Source: Candidatus Woesearchaeota archaeon (lineage in GTDB: Archaea > Nanobdellota > Nanobdellia > Woesearchaeales > JAZDKJ01). From it: 64,000 nucleotides of DNA. The notes below the pieces were generated by a model, which did not search any database, was not told where the DNA came from, and saw nothing but the letters and a program-made list of their open reading frames with translations. Below, one piece after another: positions 28,601 to 35,466 of the stretch. Positions within the stretch are counted from its first letter, which is position 1. Each line of letters starts with the position of its first letter. Location of the stretch: positions 1-64,000 of the forward strand of contig JAZDKJ010000002.1 in the NCBI GenBank assembly GCA_043803105.1, written 5' to 3'. The translations under genes and the position numbers were made by a program.

Positions 28601-29768
28601 TGAACTGCACTGGAACGGCAACACAATTATTACCTTCAAGGCAACTGACCCAGATGGATTGTTTGTTGAAAGCAATGCTGTCCAGCTTGTCATAACTCCA
28701 GTGAACAATGCGCCTGTCCTTGAGCCAATGCAAGACATACATCTTCCTGAGGGAAGCCTTGTCCAGTTGAGCCCGCATGCCTCAGACCCCGAGAATGACA
28801 GTTTGACTTTTATTTTCCAGCCTCCCTTTGACTCTAATGGAAGATGGCAGACCACTTTCAAGGATAGCGGTGTCTACACAACAACAGTTCGCGTGACCGA
28901 CGGCCAGTTGTCAAACCAGAAAACAGTTAATATCTTTGTTGAAGAGTCTGGCAACCACGCGCCAACACTGCACTTGCAGGAGCCAATGATAGCTGAAGAA
29001 GGGAGCCTTGTTGTCATTATTCCAGGTGCCACAGATCCTGACGGTGACTCTCTGACTTATTCATTCTCTAAACCTTTCGATGCTTCTGGAAGATGGCAGA
29101 CCACTTACAGGGATGAGGGAACGTATCATGTCAATGTTACAGTGTCAGACGGTCACGGCGGCCTTGATTCAGATATGCTCACGCTTTTTGTGCTTAACAC
29201 AGGCAACCACGCACCCACTTTGCAGCATATCGATGATATCACAGTCAGGGAGAACGATCTTATCACCATAAAACCAGTTGCCACAGACCCTGACGGTGAC
29301 CCTATTGCAGTTTCCATTTCCAATCCGGTTGGAAATGACGGCTATTGGCAGACAAAGCGCGGAGATAAAGGCACTTATTTTGTTACGGTGACTGCAACAG
29401 ACGGCTCATTATCAGTTTCACAGCAAGTCAGGATCATTGTAGGTGACGCAGCATTCCAGGACATCCGCATCTCAAATATCGTCCTGCAGAGTGATATAGT
29501 CAGCCCAGGCCAGGCTATGGAGCTTTTCCTCAAGTTTGACAACAGCGGAAATATAGACATGAAGGCTATTACAGTTACAGCAATAGTCCTTCAGTTTGAT
29601 TCAAGGCAGCGCATTGGTCCATTCAACCTTAAGGCTGGCCAGGAGATTTCGAAGAAGCTTCTGCTTGACATTCCTGTTGACGCTAAACCCGGAACTTACG
29701 ACCTTGAGATAATCATCAACAACGGCAATGTTCGAAGGGTCAAGTACAGACAGTTCCAGATAGATTAG
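19665..29768 (+). CDS. Giant multidomain adhesin (DNRLRE-like, lamin-tail, FN3, MopE repeats, ~19 cadherin/Ig-like repeats)
   Basis: ATGA overlap with the upstream gene and a signal peptide. Domains in order: KDTYVD...PDTNFG (DNRLRE-like), LVISEVLFNP...EFIELYNP (LTD), three WxWTNPSD FN3 repeats, five MopE repeats, ~19 VNDAP-type repeats including TGLISW He_PIG-like units, and a C-terminal CARDB-like domain. Confidence 0.9.
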   Translation: MKTATSFICFMFALIIISQAAASTQLTATFYPSKDTYVDANRPDTNFGSAADLYVEPRSLYERWIYMQFEFPLVPSSSISESKLHLYGQSFTSVHARNIGAYLVADDSWNESSVNWLDKPVWSDLLTTSTVSVQNLWYSWDLTSAVNAHLSLSDSSLSFALKDINTSSVSERKRFWSSDYAGSSLPYMNVTYILPGDYQSTHLVISEVLFNPSALALDTEFIELYNPTLVAVNLSNFSLSVPLQEKMVVLPSSAIIPPHGFYLIADLHYSNDWPTSWPHPDYHSQELNLPNADGGLQLRNAANSVIDTVGWGQPPFGFAEGQPCYNGYAAYSIERRSASSSEGNGFDSGYNVLDFVQRLSPEPQNRLSPQEPALADTTPPAPVTGLHDTSIGTNYIFWQWTNPSDSDFRTAQVFLDSTFRLNTTLQQYNATGLLANTTHTIRVKTVDTSGNINNALVEDPATTLPVITPPDTTPPAPVTGLHDIDRGYNYIVWQWTNPSDPDYSHAELYIDGSFVKNTSANLYNATSLISGHTYDLLVKTADTHGNVNQLSVHDTAATLVPGADHNPPASITNLHSVKKGTNYITWTWTNPSDHDFDHVKIFLNNVFVADSPNALYNATSLAPGTSYTLGISTVDNTSNVNPEKVTDTVATDEIFIPKADIEVFREQSTGVGSGKLMTVRFLVWNNDSLSLGPFSVIENLPQGWTIVDKPSGSVLSDNRLTIPFPGIAPDELSIVEYRISSPAGNWSATFSGLLNYSINGTSATQAIPSETVEVNDHKAFFETALDSYLGDGVVTRTIALNHSYTAQFVIKNIGSSAVTDYETFLYWPFDDSKWNIESISPDCYGSIVDYNGRKAVKCVWKPFSEEETKSFTVQLKALVRNEQLTRLNATYDPPVEAVQNAWEKLKIAMVNIFGSIRYFISTLMHTPETTGAVVLDTNIPQENVTLPINEPLPAIDTNEPQNQPEPVISSNDNAANNNGTANNTNTTHRIVTLGGGTTRSSSSGGGGSSNNGGGAAQAQKVWITTTQDLFLRSRDIQAPADSTILLLSAITSAPTASSAQLSWNTNLVSDSKVFYGYNPSLGRVHSASGLTQQHELNIEGLLPLATYYYKVQSCAAGSCLNSSLHSFSTLESPVYNVTENLEPNYVRGRILLDDSPAGNDTQYIITVISGPYKGLQVSGIADTGIPSFLKGMGYFDTRYHREFLTGDNFTLGVSKCFGQALGTFTSGGNGDFASNDSLVVLDCTVDDSGPIISDVVRSPQHPTEDDTLVISADISDPSGVASSEVHFRLNQGMWLNAPFNGSLSDLGKFNATQLLEYYVTASDTLNNNAQSPLSSVLIKYADRDNDSYDRIVDCNDANPNINPGTQEIPYNGLDDDCNASSPDDDLDSDSYLLLADCNDTNPSIHPNATDIPYDSIDQNCDGHDLIDVDADGYNYTVDCNDTNPDINPGKLEILYNSIDDDCNAATLDDDLDSDGFNISLDCNDNNALVNPNMTEIPYNGLDDDCNILTRDDDLDADGYLHFIDCNDTDPGIHPNATELIDNIDQNCRDDPPVISVPVQTLNEDSEKLVNLSDFSYDYDGHSLAYTVLSGANIACSMDNDLLNITPTQNYFGPANCTLTVSDSFFNISQILAIHIVKINHAPVLTQEIPPQQINEDTQLVLHLNNYFHDIDEANLSYQGIVTAHLGLQIVGNTAIIVPETNWFGSGTLQFNSTDSEGLRVSSNITNITVLPVNDAPVISIPPQHVSTNSTIDLNDYSMDIDNDSLTFEVLQEYAQNVGCELASNLLSIKPAPGFFGSSNCTVMVSDSFLNYSSIFTIYVPYVNQPPVLTPIPDQSWSEDSTHFLNLSVYFHDVEQLNFAVLVPPTNVQVFINNTIVRFVPQHNFFGPDSVVFRASDDSNFTDSNPVSLQITPVNDAPVIMIPNQSMEEDSLLSLDLLQYSADVENDSLTFSIVAGDEICSVNGTKLIIAPPHNFNGILHCSVIALDLFDSSLFSQFAINVTPVNDAPELRLLIPPATWPEDTVYHLDLKDYFVDPENDTLYYSSISNENISVTFEGSIASLAPKADWFGTAFIRFTANDSLLSTQSNLVLLTVTPVNDAPEIHVPDQIVPEDNVLHLNLSDYASDVDEDMLSFDTISELPGVSCVVSGEMLTITPHHNFNGITGCSIAAFDGSLSVNSSFTINVTPTNDAPILVMDIPSQSVDEDAMLTLNLTPYFRDSDNDTLAYNASSNSNFTFVLGNGLVTIMPNKDWFGTAFVRFSVSDGEFSVISNMVLLTVNPVNDRPVLHIPAQAMEEDSVLSIDLLPFATDADNDMLLFSVINNSGVDCSVSSDHLQITPPLNYNGLASCTIVAFDGFLYSAEDIVYVTVTPVNDAPVLIQPIPLQSWPEDSAHKINLSIYFADSENDLMTFAAISNSNVTITFQGGVATLSPQPNWYGTTSTKFTATDIHLSTESNTVILEVTPVNDAPTIDIPDQVMNEDTALYLNLSDYSYDIDHDDLSYSVVQNGSSLVCSIDNDILLVTPAHDFVGTSGCVVQVFDGFMYANTSFDIVVNPMNDAPSLVMDIPLQSWSEDSIHTINLSLYFKDIDGDALSFIASANENITSSVTSSIVSLLPKSDWYGTTSIVFAASDGALSTPSNRVILSVQPVNDAPHITSTPISFATESSVYHYQVEASDVDYDTLTFSLPVHPAGMTIESLTGLISWIPDDTQEGNNNVTVQVSDGFLSDSQRFTIFVNATNDAPLSTPIPTQLFDEDTTHVLDLSHYFTDPHGESLTYAVTSSTHVDSSVQGATVSFVPEQDWSGTEFVLARATDPEGLFVQENISLVVMPINDAPIITSQPNTHASQDSVYQYQVVSFDVEHDEVHYALLVKPSGMSIDANTGLISWTPQQSDVGFVNVTVEVDDGSLSGLQAFVITVTNVNDAPVFKSDIPAKTWPEDSSITLNLANYFEDPDGDTLSYSFVSQHMNATFAGGIATLTPELHWNGNTIITFKATDPDGLFVESNAVQLVITPVNNAPVLEPMQDIHLPEGSLVQLSPHASDPENDSLTFIFQPPFDSNGRWQTTFKDSGVYTTTVRVTDGQLSNQKTVNIFVEESGNHAPTLHLQEPMIAEEGSLVVIIPGATDPDGDSLTYSFSKPFDASGRWQTTYRDEGTYHVNVTVSDGHGGLDSDMLTLFVLNTGNHAPTLQHIDDITVRENDLITIKPVATDPDGDPIAVSISNPVGNDGYWQTKRGDKGTYFVTVTATDGSLSVSQQVRIIVGDAAFQDIRISNIVLQSDIVSPGQAMELFLKFDNSGNIDMKAITVTAIVLQFDSRQRIGPFNLKAGQEISKKLLLDIPVDAKPGTYDLEIIINNGNVRRVKYRQFQID

Positions 29769-29867
29769 GCTTGATTTACGCGTAAAGCAAAGATTTTTTT
29801 TGTTTGCAGCTTTTTCTTCCCAAATTCTGCCATAATGCTTATAAACTTTCTTCTGCTCTTTCTGTTT

Positions 29868-31925
29868 GTGCGAATCGAATCCATCAGTCTGCATAATATT
29901 CGGAGTTACCTCTCAGAGTCAGTTACGTTTCCTCAAGGCTCAGTTCTTCTGGCAGGTGATATTGGCAGCGGAAAATCCACTATCTTGCTGGCTGTCGAAT
30001 TTGCGCTTTTTGGTATCATGCCCGGAACCTTGTCTGGGAATGCCCTTTTGCGTAATGGAAAGAATGAGGGCTCTGTTGAGCTTAGTTTCACTGTTGACAA
30101 TTCGCATTTTGTGGTCAAAAGGAATCTTAAGCGCGTCCAGGATAAGGTTCTTCAGCAAGCAGGCTTCATAATGAGAGACGGAGTTAAGAAGGACGCTACT
30201 GCCAGTGAACTCAAGGCTGAGGTGCTTGAGATCCTCGGTTATCCAAAAGAACTTCTGACCAAGAGCAAGAACCTTATTTATCGTTTTACAGTATATACCC
30301 CTCAGGAAGAGATGAGGCAGATCCTTGCTGAGGACAAAGAGGCAAGGCTTGAAACCCTGCGAAAGCTCTTTGGAATAGACAAGTACAAGAGGATACGCGA
30401 AAATGCAACAGTCCTTTCCAGAAGCATTAAGGAGCAGGCCCGCATCCTTGAAGGAAAGATTTTTGACCTTCAGGATAAGCAGTCAAGAAAATCCGAGCTC
30501 AACTCGCAAATAGAGCTATCTGCCAAGAAATTTGTGGAGGCGAGCGAGAGGCTTGTGCAATCAAAGCTTTTATTGCAGAAATACAAGGCAGTTGTTATTT
30601 CTTTGGAGGAAAGAGTCAAGAAGGCTGTTGAGCTGCGAAAGACTGTAGAAATCCTTGACTCAAAGCTGTCCTTAAAATCTTCTGAGCTCGAGCGCACTTC
30701 AAGAGAGTTGAGGCTGCTTGACTCTCAGGTCCGGGTTTTGGCTGCAGAGATACAAGATTCCGCAAGCGTGATAGATCCAAAGGAAAGACCACTCATGGAG
30801 ACGCAGCATAAAGCCCTTGAAGAGCAGCTTCGCTCCAGGCTCACTTCAATTGCTACAATAAATGCAAAGCTCCAGAACTCTGGCAAGCTTCAGGATAGTG
30901 TGCTTAAATTGAGTGTCTGCCCTGTCTGCCTGCAGACAGTGTCAGATTCGCATAAGCATGAGATTCAAAAGAGGGAAGCAGAATTAATTTCCTCCTTGAA
31001 ATCAGATTTGGACCAGGAAAGAGCAAAGGAGTCTGTGGAAAGAGCCCAGTTTTCAACACTTAAGCAAAGATTGGACGAAATTACATCACTTATGCACCAA
31101 CAAGAACTTTCCCTGGTCAAGCGAAGGAATCTCGATGAGAATAAGTCAAGGTTGTCCAAGCGATCATTGCTCACCAGTTCTCTCTCAGATGAGATAATTG
31201 TCATCAATCAGGAAAAACTCTCGAAACTACAGGCACTCTCTGCTTACGAAGCGATAGACAAGGAATATGCTGAAGCGAGGAAAACCCTCGAGAGCTCAGA
31301 GCTCGACGAACGAAAATCAGCACTTGATCTTGCAAGGCTGGAGAAGGAGTCAGAGTCCTTGAGAGAGCAGCTGGCTGTACTTGATAGGGAGATTTCTGTG
31401 AGGCTACAGTTCAAGTCAGCCCTTGAGAGGTTAAGGACCTTAAGAAACTGGATTGAGGAATTTTTCATCAATCTTATGTTGACAATGGAAAAGCATGTAT
31501 TTGCCCGTGTCTTTCAGGAGTTCGATGCAAATTTCCAGCAATGGTTCAGGCTTCTTCTTGAAGATGATCTTCTTGCAGTCCGCCTTGATGATGAGTTTGC
31601 ACCTGTTGTTGAGCAGAACGGCTATGAGCTCGAGCTTGAAAACCTGTCTGGCGGCGAGAAGACTAGCGTTGCACTGGCGTACAGGCTTGCGCTAAACAAG
31701 GTAGTTAATGATGTAATCTCCACAATCAAGACAAAAAACCTTATTATCCTGGACGAGCCCACTGATGGTTTCTCAACAGAACAGCTTGACCGGGTTCGTG
31801 ATGTGATTGAACAGCTGCACATTCCCCAGGTCATAATTGTCTCGCACGAGCAGAAGATGGAGGCGTTCGTTGAAACTGTCATTAAGTTGGAGAAGCACGA
31901 GCATTCTACGAGAATCAGTCAATAA
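29868..31925 (+). CDS. rad50: Rad50/SbcC-family SMC ATPase
   Basis: Walker A GDIGSGKST, coiled coil with zinc hook CPVC, signature LSGGE and Walker B IILDEPT. The likely start is GTG 29868. Confidence 0.88.
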   Translation: MRIESISLHNIRSYLSESVTFPQGSVLLAGDIGSGKSTILLAVEFALFGIMPGTLSGNALLRNGKNEGSVELSFTVDNSHFVVKRNLKRVQDKVLQQAGFIMRDGVKKDATASELKAEVLEILGYPKELLTKSKNLIYRFTVYTPQEEMRQILAEDKEARLETLRKLFGIDKYKRIRENATVLSRSIKEQARILEGKIFDLQDKQSRKSELNSQIELSAKKFVEASERLVQSKLLLQKYKAVVISLEERVKKAVELRKTVEILDSKLSLKSSELERTSRELRLLDSQVRVLAAEIQDSASVIDPKERPLMETQHKALEEQLRSRLTSIATINAKLQNSGKLQDSVLKLSVCPVCLQTVSDSHKHEIQKREAELISSLKSDLDQERAKESVERAQFSTLKQRLDEITSLMHQQELSLVKRRNLDENKSRLSKRSLLTSSLSDEIIVINQEKLSKLQALSAYEAIDKEYAEARKTLESSELDERKSALDLARLEKESESLREQLAVLDREISVRLQFKSALERLRTLRNWIEEFFINLMLTMEKHVFARVFQEFDANFQQWFRLLLEDDLLAVRLDDEFAPVVEQNGYELELENLSGGEKTSVALAYRLALNKVVNDVISTIKTKNLIILDEPTDGFSTEQLDRVRDVIEQLHIPQVIIVSHEQKMEAFVETVIKLEKHEHSTRISQ

Positions 31926-31963
31926 TCTAGTTGGGAGTTGAAATCTATCCAATCATACCAATA

Positions 31964-32049
31964 GCCCCTTTTTGTGGCATCCATGACAGGTAATCCAGCT
32001 ATTCTGGATATTACCATGTCAGGATGTTCTGGGGGCGACCTACATGTCG
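31964..32049. other. Long imperfect intergenic hairpin (candidate structured RNA)
   Basis: Nested complementary pairs GCCCC/GGGGC, CATCC/GGATG, TGACA/TGTCA, GGTAA/TTACC and TCCAG/CTGGA surround a 5-nt loop. A small CGAC/GTCG hairpin follows. Confidence 0.5.
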
Positions 32050-32205
32050 TCATAGCTTTTAGAGGGATGGCTGTTTATTAATACATTATGAAGGAGCCTT
32101 AGGGAATTGTCTTCCATAAGCTTTAAAAACAAAAATGTGCCAAAATGACCTTTATCGTATACAAACGCATAGCTTTATAAAGTTTTTAGGGACTTTTTCT
32201 ATTTT

Positions 32206-32925
32206 ATGGACGTCAAACAGGCTTTGGAGGAGCAACTAAAGACCTTTGTACCACTTAAGTACATCCACTCCAAGGACCCTAAGGTCTATGATAATCAAGA
32301 ATACCTGCCTAAGGCTGCTGAAGAAGCAAGGCACATTCTGGCATTCAACCACGCTGTTCTGCTGAAAAGCCCAATTGCCGATGTCAACGTGCTTGTCTAC
32401 GATTTCTTGATGGAAAATTTCAAGACAGCCTTTTCCCATATTTATCATTTGCCAGGCATTTCCAACGATTTGAAAAAAGCTTATCAGGTTAATAGTGCAG
32501 AACAATTTATTATGACTATTGTAAGGATGCATGATTATGTAACGAACATGTTGCCACCGGTTAATCGCGAAAAAGTGCGAAGAAACATTGAGCACTTCTG
32601 CAAGGAAGAGAAAGAGCGCTATGTCAGGAACTTAGATCTGTTTCATATTTCTGTGGTGCAAGGTGCCAATTTCCTGAGTGAACGAGAAGTTTTCCTTAGG
32701 TCGATGGCCAATGCTGCATCCCTTAATGATGTAGTGACAGGAATGGAAACCATGATTGATTTCAATAACGCAGGCAATGTTCTTTTCACTTTGAGGCATG
32801 ACCCAAGGTATACCAACCTTCTTCAAGTCCTGAGCTACACACCAATAGTCCGTGAAGTCATGGATGGTCTAGATTTCTTGTCTCATTCGAGGAGCGGTCC
32901 ACGCGAGACCAGTCCCAGCGCCTGA
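32206..32925 (+). CDS. Hypothetical protein
   Basis: 239-aa ORF with a TATA box (TTTATAA) about 25-30 nt upstream. No motif recognised. Confidence 0.7.
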   Translation: MDVKQALEEQLKTFVPLKYIHSKDPKVYDNQEYLPKAAEEARHILAFNHAVLLKSPIADVNVLVYDFLMENFKTAFSHIYHLPGISNDLKKAYQVNSAEQFIMTIVRMHDYVTNMLPPVNREKVRRNIEHFCKEEKERYVRNLDLFHISVVQGANFLSEREVFLRSMANAASLNDVVTGMETMIDFNNAGNVLFTLRHDPRYTNLLQVLSYTPIVREVMDGLDFLSHSRSGPRETSPSA

Positions 32926-32979
32926 AACCGCAATATTTATATCTGCTCTGTCTGTAGCCCTATAAAAAAGAGGTTTGGC

Positions 32980-33915
32980 ATGCTTGATATATTCTGTCTG
33001 CAGAAGGGCGTCAAAAAGATTGAGTTGAAGGACCTTGGTAAGTTCCGCAATACGCGTCTTTGGATTGACGCGACTGAGATAACCAAGGATGAGGCAGACC
33101 TTCTAAGGGCTGCTTTTCACCTGCATCCGTTGACAAGCGAAGACCTTTACAAGTCTCACATTAGGATAAAGGTTGAAGAATTCCCCACTTACATTGTGTG
33201 TGTCTTCTATGGTATCAGCTCCACTGTCGAGGAGATAGAGTTTGATTTTGTGCTAGGCAAGAATTTTATAATAAGCAACCACAACAGAACAGTTCCCTCT
33301 TTTGAGGTCTTGAAAAAGGACCACCAGCTGTTGGAAACGCTTGCAAAGAAGGGTCCTGATTTTGTTTTCCATAAGCTCCTTGATTCTGAGGTCTCAAATT
33401 TCTTCCCAGTCCTTGACTCGATTGATAACGAGATCGAGGATATAGAGGTGCAGATTACCAAGAAGGCTCAAAGCAAGCTGCTTAACAGGATCTTAAGGAT
33501 AAAACGCATGGTTAACCTCGTGCGAAAGTCCGCGCTTCCACAGCGGGAAAAGATCTCATTTCTTGCCAAGAACGAATATAAGTTTATCTCTTCAGATGCA
33601 GTCCCGTACTTTAGGGACGTCTACGACCTTGCAATAAAAGTCTCTGATTCTATTGACAATTCCCGCGAGATGGTGAGTAATGCCTTCGAGGTTTATATGT
33701 CAGCAGTCTCAAATGAGCTTAATTCTGTGATGAAGGTCTTGAGCGTCATCGGCACTATTGCCCTGCCGTTGGTAGTAATCTCAGGCATCTTTGGGACAAA
33801 CTTCCACAATGTCCCTGGACTTGACCATCCTTACGGCTTTTGGATTATGATCACAGGAATGCTTGTTATGTGTGCCATAATGATAACATACTTCAAGAAA
33901 AAAGGCTGGTTCTAG
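32980..33915 (+). CDS. corA: CorA-family divalent cation transporter (GTN variant of the GMN motif)
   Basis: FHLHPLTSED, RIKVEEF, PYFRDVYD, NSVMKVLS, two C-terminal TMs, GIFGTNF and a FKKKGWF tail. Confidence 0.92.
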   Translation: MLDIFCLQKGVKKIELKDLGKFRNTRLWIDATEITKDEADLLRAAFHLHPLTSEDLYKSHIRIKVEEFPTYIVCVFYGISSTVEEIEFDFVLGKNFIISNHNRTVPSFEVLKKDHQLLETLAKKGPDFVFHKLLDSEVSNFFPVLDSIDNEIEDIEVQITKKAQSKLLNRILRIKRMVNLVRKSALPQREKISFLAKNEYKFISSDAVPYFRDVYDLAIKVSDSIDNSREMVSNAFEVYMSAVSNELNSVMKVLSVIGTIALPLVVISGIFGTNFHNVPGLDHPYGFWIMITGMLVMCAIMITYFKKKGWF

Positions 33916-34304
33916 TCAAACCTGATTTCCATTTTTGTGACTTCTCGCACAAGGTCCATGTATCCGTCTGCAGTCTTCATGTTCCTTACCCTGTCTACGT
34001 TTAGCCTTAGCTGGTCAAGCCATCGTGCAAGTTTTGCTGTTACTTCATCCTCTTTGTAGATGAAAACGTTCAGCTCCTTTGAGACCATCGCACCTTCGTC
34101 AAACGTCTGGTGTGCAGTCTTTACAGTCTTTCTTATCTCAGCAAATATCCTTCTTGCCAGGCTCTCAGGATAGACCATGCTGTCAGTCTTCACTATTTCC
34201 TTAACTGTATCATTGCTGTACATGATAGAGAGTTCCACCTTGCCGTCCTTCGGCATGAATTTTGATACCTTCACTTTTAAGAGCTTTATATTAACTGATT
34301 TCAT
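33912..34304 (-). CDS. Hypothetical protein
   Basis: 130-aa ORF convergent with corA, with a TTTAAATA box upstream on the minus strand. Confidence 0.65.
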   Translation of the reverse strand: MKSVNIKLLKVKVSKFMPKDGKVELSIMYSNDTVKEIVKTDSMVYPESLARRIFAEIRKTVKTAHQTFDEGAMVSKELNVFIYKEDEVTAKLARWLDQLRLNVDRVRNMKTADGYMDLVREVTKMEIRFD

Positions 34305-34398
34305 AATAAAGCGTCAAAATGGCCGGATATTTAAAGTTTGTCAAAAAGTGCCCAATGTGACAAAAACCTTAATAAATTGTGCGTTCTTCACACTCCCA

Positions 34399-35064
34399 AT
34401 GGCAATTGTACTCATCTGCAGCGACAGGGATGGCACTATTAACAAGGATGAGGACTATTATCTTGGCGCTTCTGAAGATTGGAAAAGCCAGCTGGAGTTC
34501 TTGCCTGGTGTGGTCGATGGCATCAAGCTTCTCAATTCTATTCCAAATTCAAGATTTGTAATTCTGACCAACCAATCAGGTGTTGCGCTAACTGGTCCAG
34601 AATTCGACAATCTCACTGAAGCGCGCCTTGAAGAGGTGAATCAAGAGATTGTACTTAGGTTAAACCAACAAGGTGCGCGTTCTGATGCCTATTTCTCATG
34701 CCCTTTTGTAGACCATAGCTATGTCAAAAAGGCAGTTTCCAAGGGAAGAAAGCTTATTCCAGGGTATATTAATGACAATCATCCTGACTTAAAGCCAAAT
34801 ATTGGGCTTATCAAAAAAGCAGCTAAAAATTTTGGTTATGATTTGGAGGAGATAAAGCACAGGTATATGATCGGTGACAGGCTCAGTGATATTGAGATGG
34901 GTCTTGAAGCTGGTTGCGTATCTATCCTTGTAAGCTCTTACAAAACCAAGCAGTTGGATGACCTTGTCAAAGCCCGTGAGTTGCAGAAGCAACATCCGGA
35001 CAAGGTATCCATTGCAGACGATTTTCTTGAGGCAGCCAAGCTGGTAAAAAAGGGCCTGTACTAG
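34399..35064 (+). CDS. HAD-IIIA phosphatase (GmhB/histidinol-phosphatase-like)
   Basis: Motifs DRDGTIN, ILTNQSG, KPNIG and MIGDRLSD. Start at ATG 34399; the longer track ORF overlaps the neighbouring gene. Confidence 0.88.
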   Translation: MAIVLICSDRDGTINKDEDYYLGASEDWKSQLEFLPGVVDGIKLLNSIPNSRFVILTNQSGVALTGPEFDNLTEARLEEVNQEIVLRLNQQGARSDAYFSCPFVDHSYVKKAVSKGRKLIPGYINDNHPDLKPNIGLIKKAAKNFGYDLEEIKHRYMIGDRLSDIEMGLEAGCVSILVSSYKTKQLDDLVKARELQKQHPDKVSIADDFLEAAKLVKKGLY

Positions 35065-35134
35065 ATGGCAGTCTGCGAAACCTTTATAAACAGCCGCTTA
35101 ATCGGCTCCTCTACTATTGTTGAGGGGTTTTACT

Positions 35135-35248
35135 ATGAAAGATGATTTGCCAGAAGACGATGAGCTTCCAGAAGAGGACGTCGAGAAGAAAGACGACGAG
35201 GATCACGAGCCTGACGAAGACGAGGACGAGAAGAAAGAAGAGGAATGA
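35135..35248 (+). CDS. Small extremely acidic protein (37 aa), not in ORF track
   Basis: MKDDLPEDDELPEEDVEKKDDEDHEPDEDEDEKKEEE*, preceded by a TTTATAAA box (~35083) and SD GAGGGGT. Confidence 0.6.
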   Translation: MKDDLPEDDELPEEDVEKKDDEDHEPDEDEDEKKEEE

Positions 35249-35466
35249 AACTCCTTGTCCTTTTCCAAGTACACTATCTGCTCAAGCCCTTTAAGATATT
35301 CTATCGCTTCCTTTAGCTGTTCTGGCTCGCCATTGAAATAACATCTCAGCTCAGGTATTGGTCTCCATTTAAGTTGTTTCTCAATGACAAATCCCTTTTC
35401 CTCAAGGATTGACTCGAGCTTGTTGTCTATTTGCCTGCATCCTATTATATATAGCTCTGGTTGCAT
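35203..35466 (-). CDS. Small protein resembling a subtilisin propeptide / I9 inhibitor domain
   Basis: SD GGAGGT just before the ATG, overlapping the 3' end of the S8 protease gene. It ends LKGLEQIVYLEKD, like the L...V.YVE.D tail of I9 domains. Confidence 0.6.
   Translation of the reverse strand: MQPELYIIGCRQIDNKLESILEEKGFVIEKQLKWRPIPELRCYFNGEPEQLKEAIEYLKGLEQIVYLEKDKEFHSSSFFSSSSSSGS

Noticed and set aside
82-29600. Many antisense and alternate-frame ORFs over the giant genes
   Set aside because: These are shadow ORFs from repetitive, biased codon usage. They have no SD, motifs or independent evidence.
2-29768. Diversity-generating retroelement acting on the adhesins
   Set aside because: There is no reverse transcriptase in the window, and no repeat pair differing only at adenines was noticed. 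The repeats are in-frame domain duplications.
29868-31925. Rad50 without adjacent mre11 as a novel SMC defence system
   Set aside because: It has canonical Rad50 motifs and no partner genes. Split repair operons are unremarkable, and mre11 may lie elsewhere.
34177-34398. N-terminal extensions in the ORF track (here, and at 4351, 44978 and 48405)
   Set aside because: They overlap neighbouring genes or promoters. Downstream starts fit the family N-termini better.
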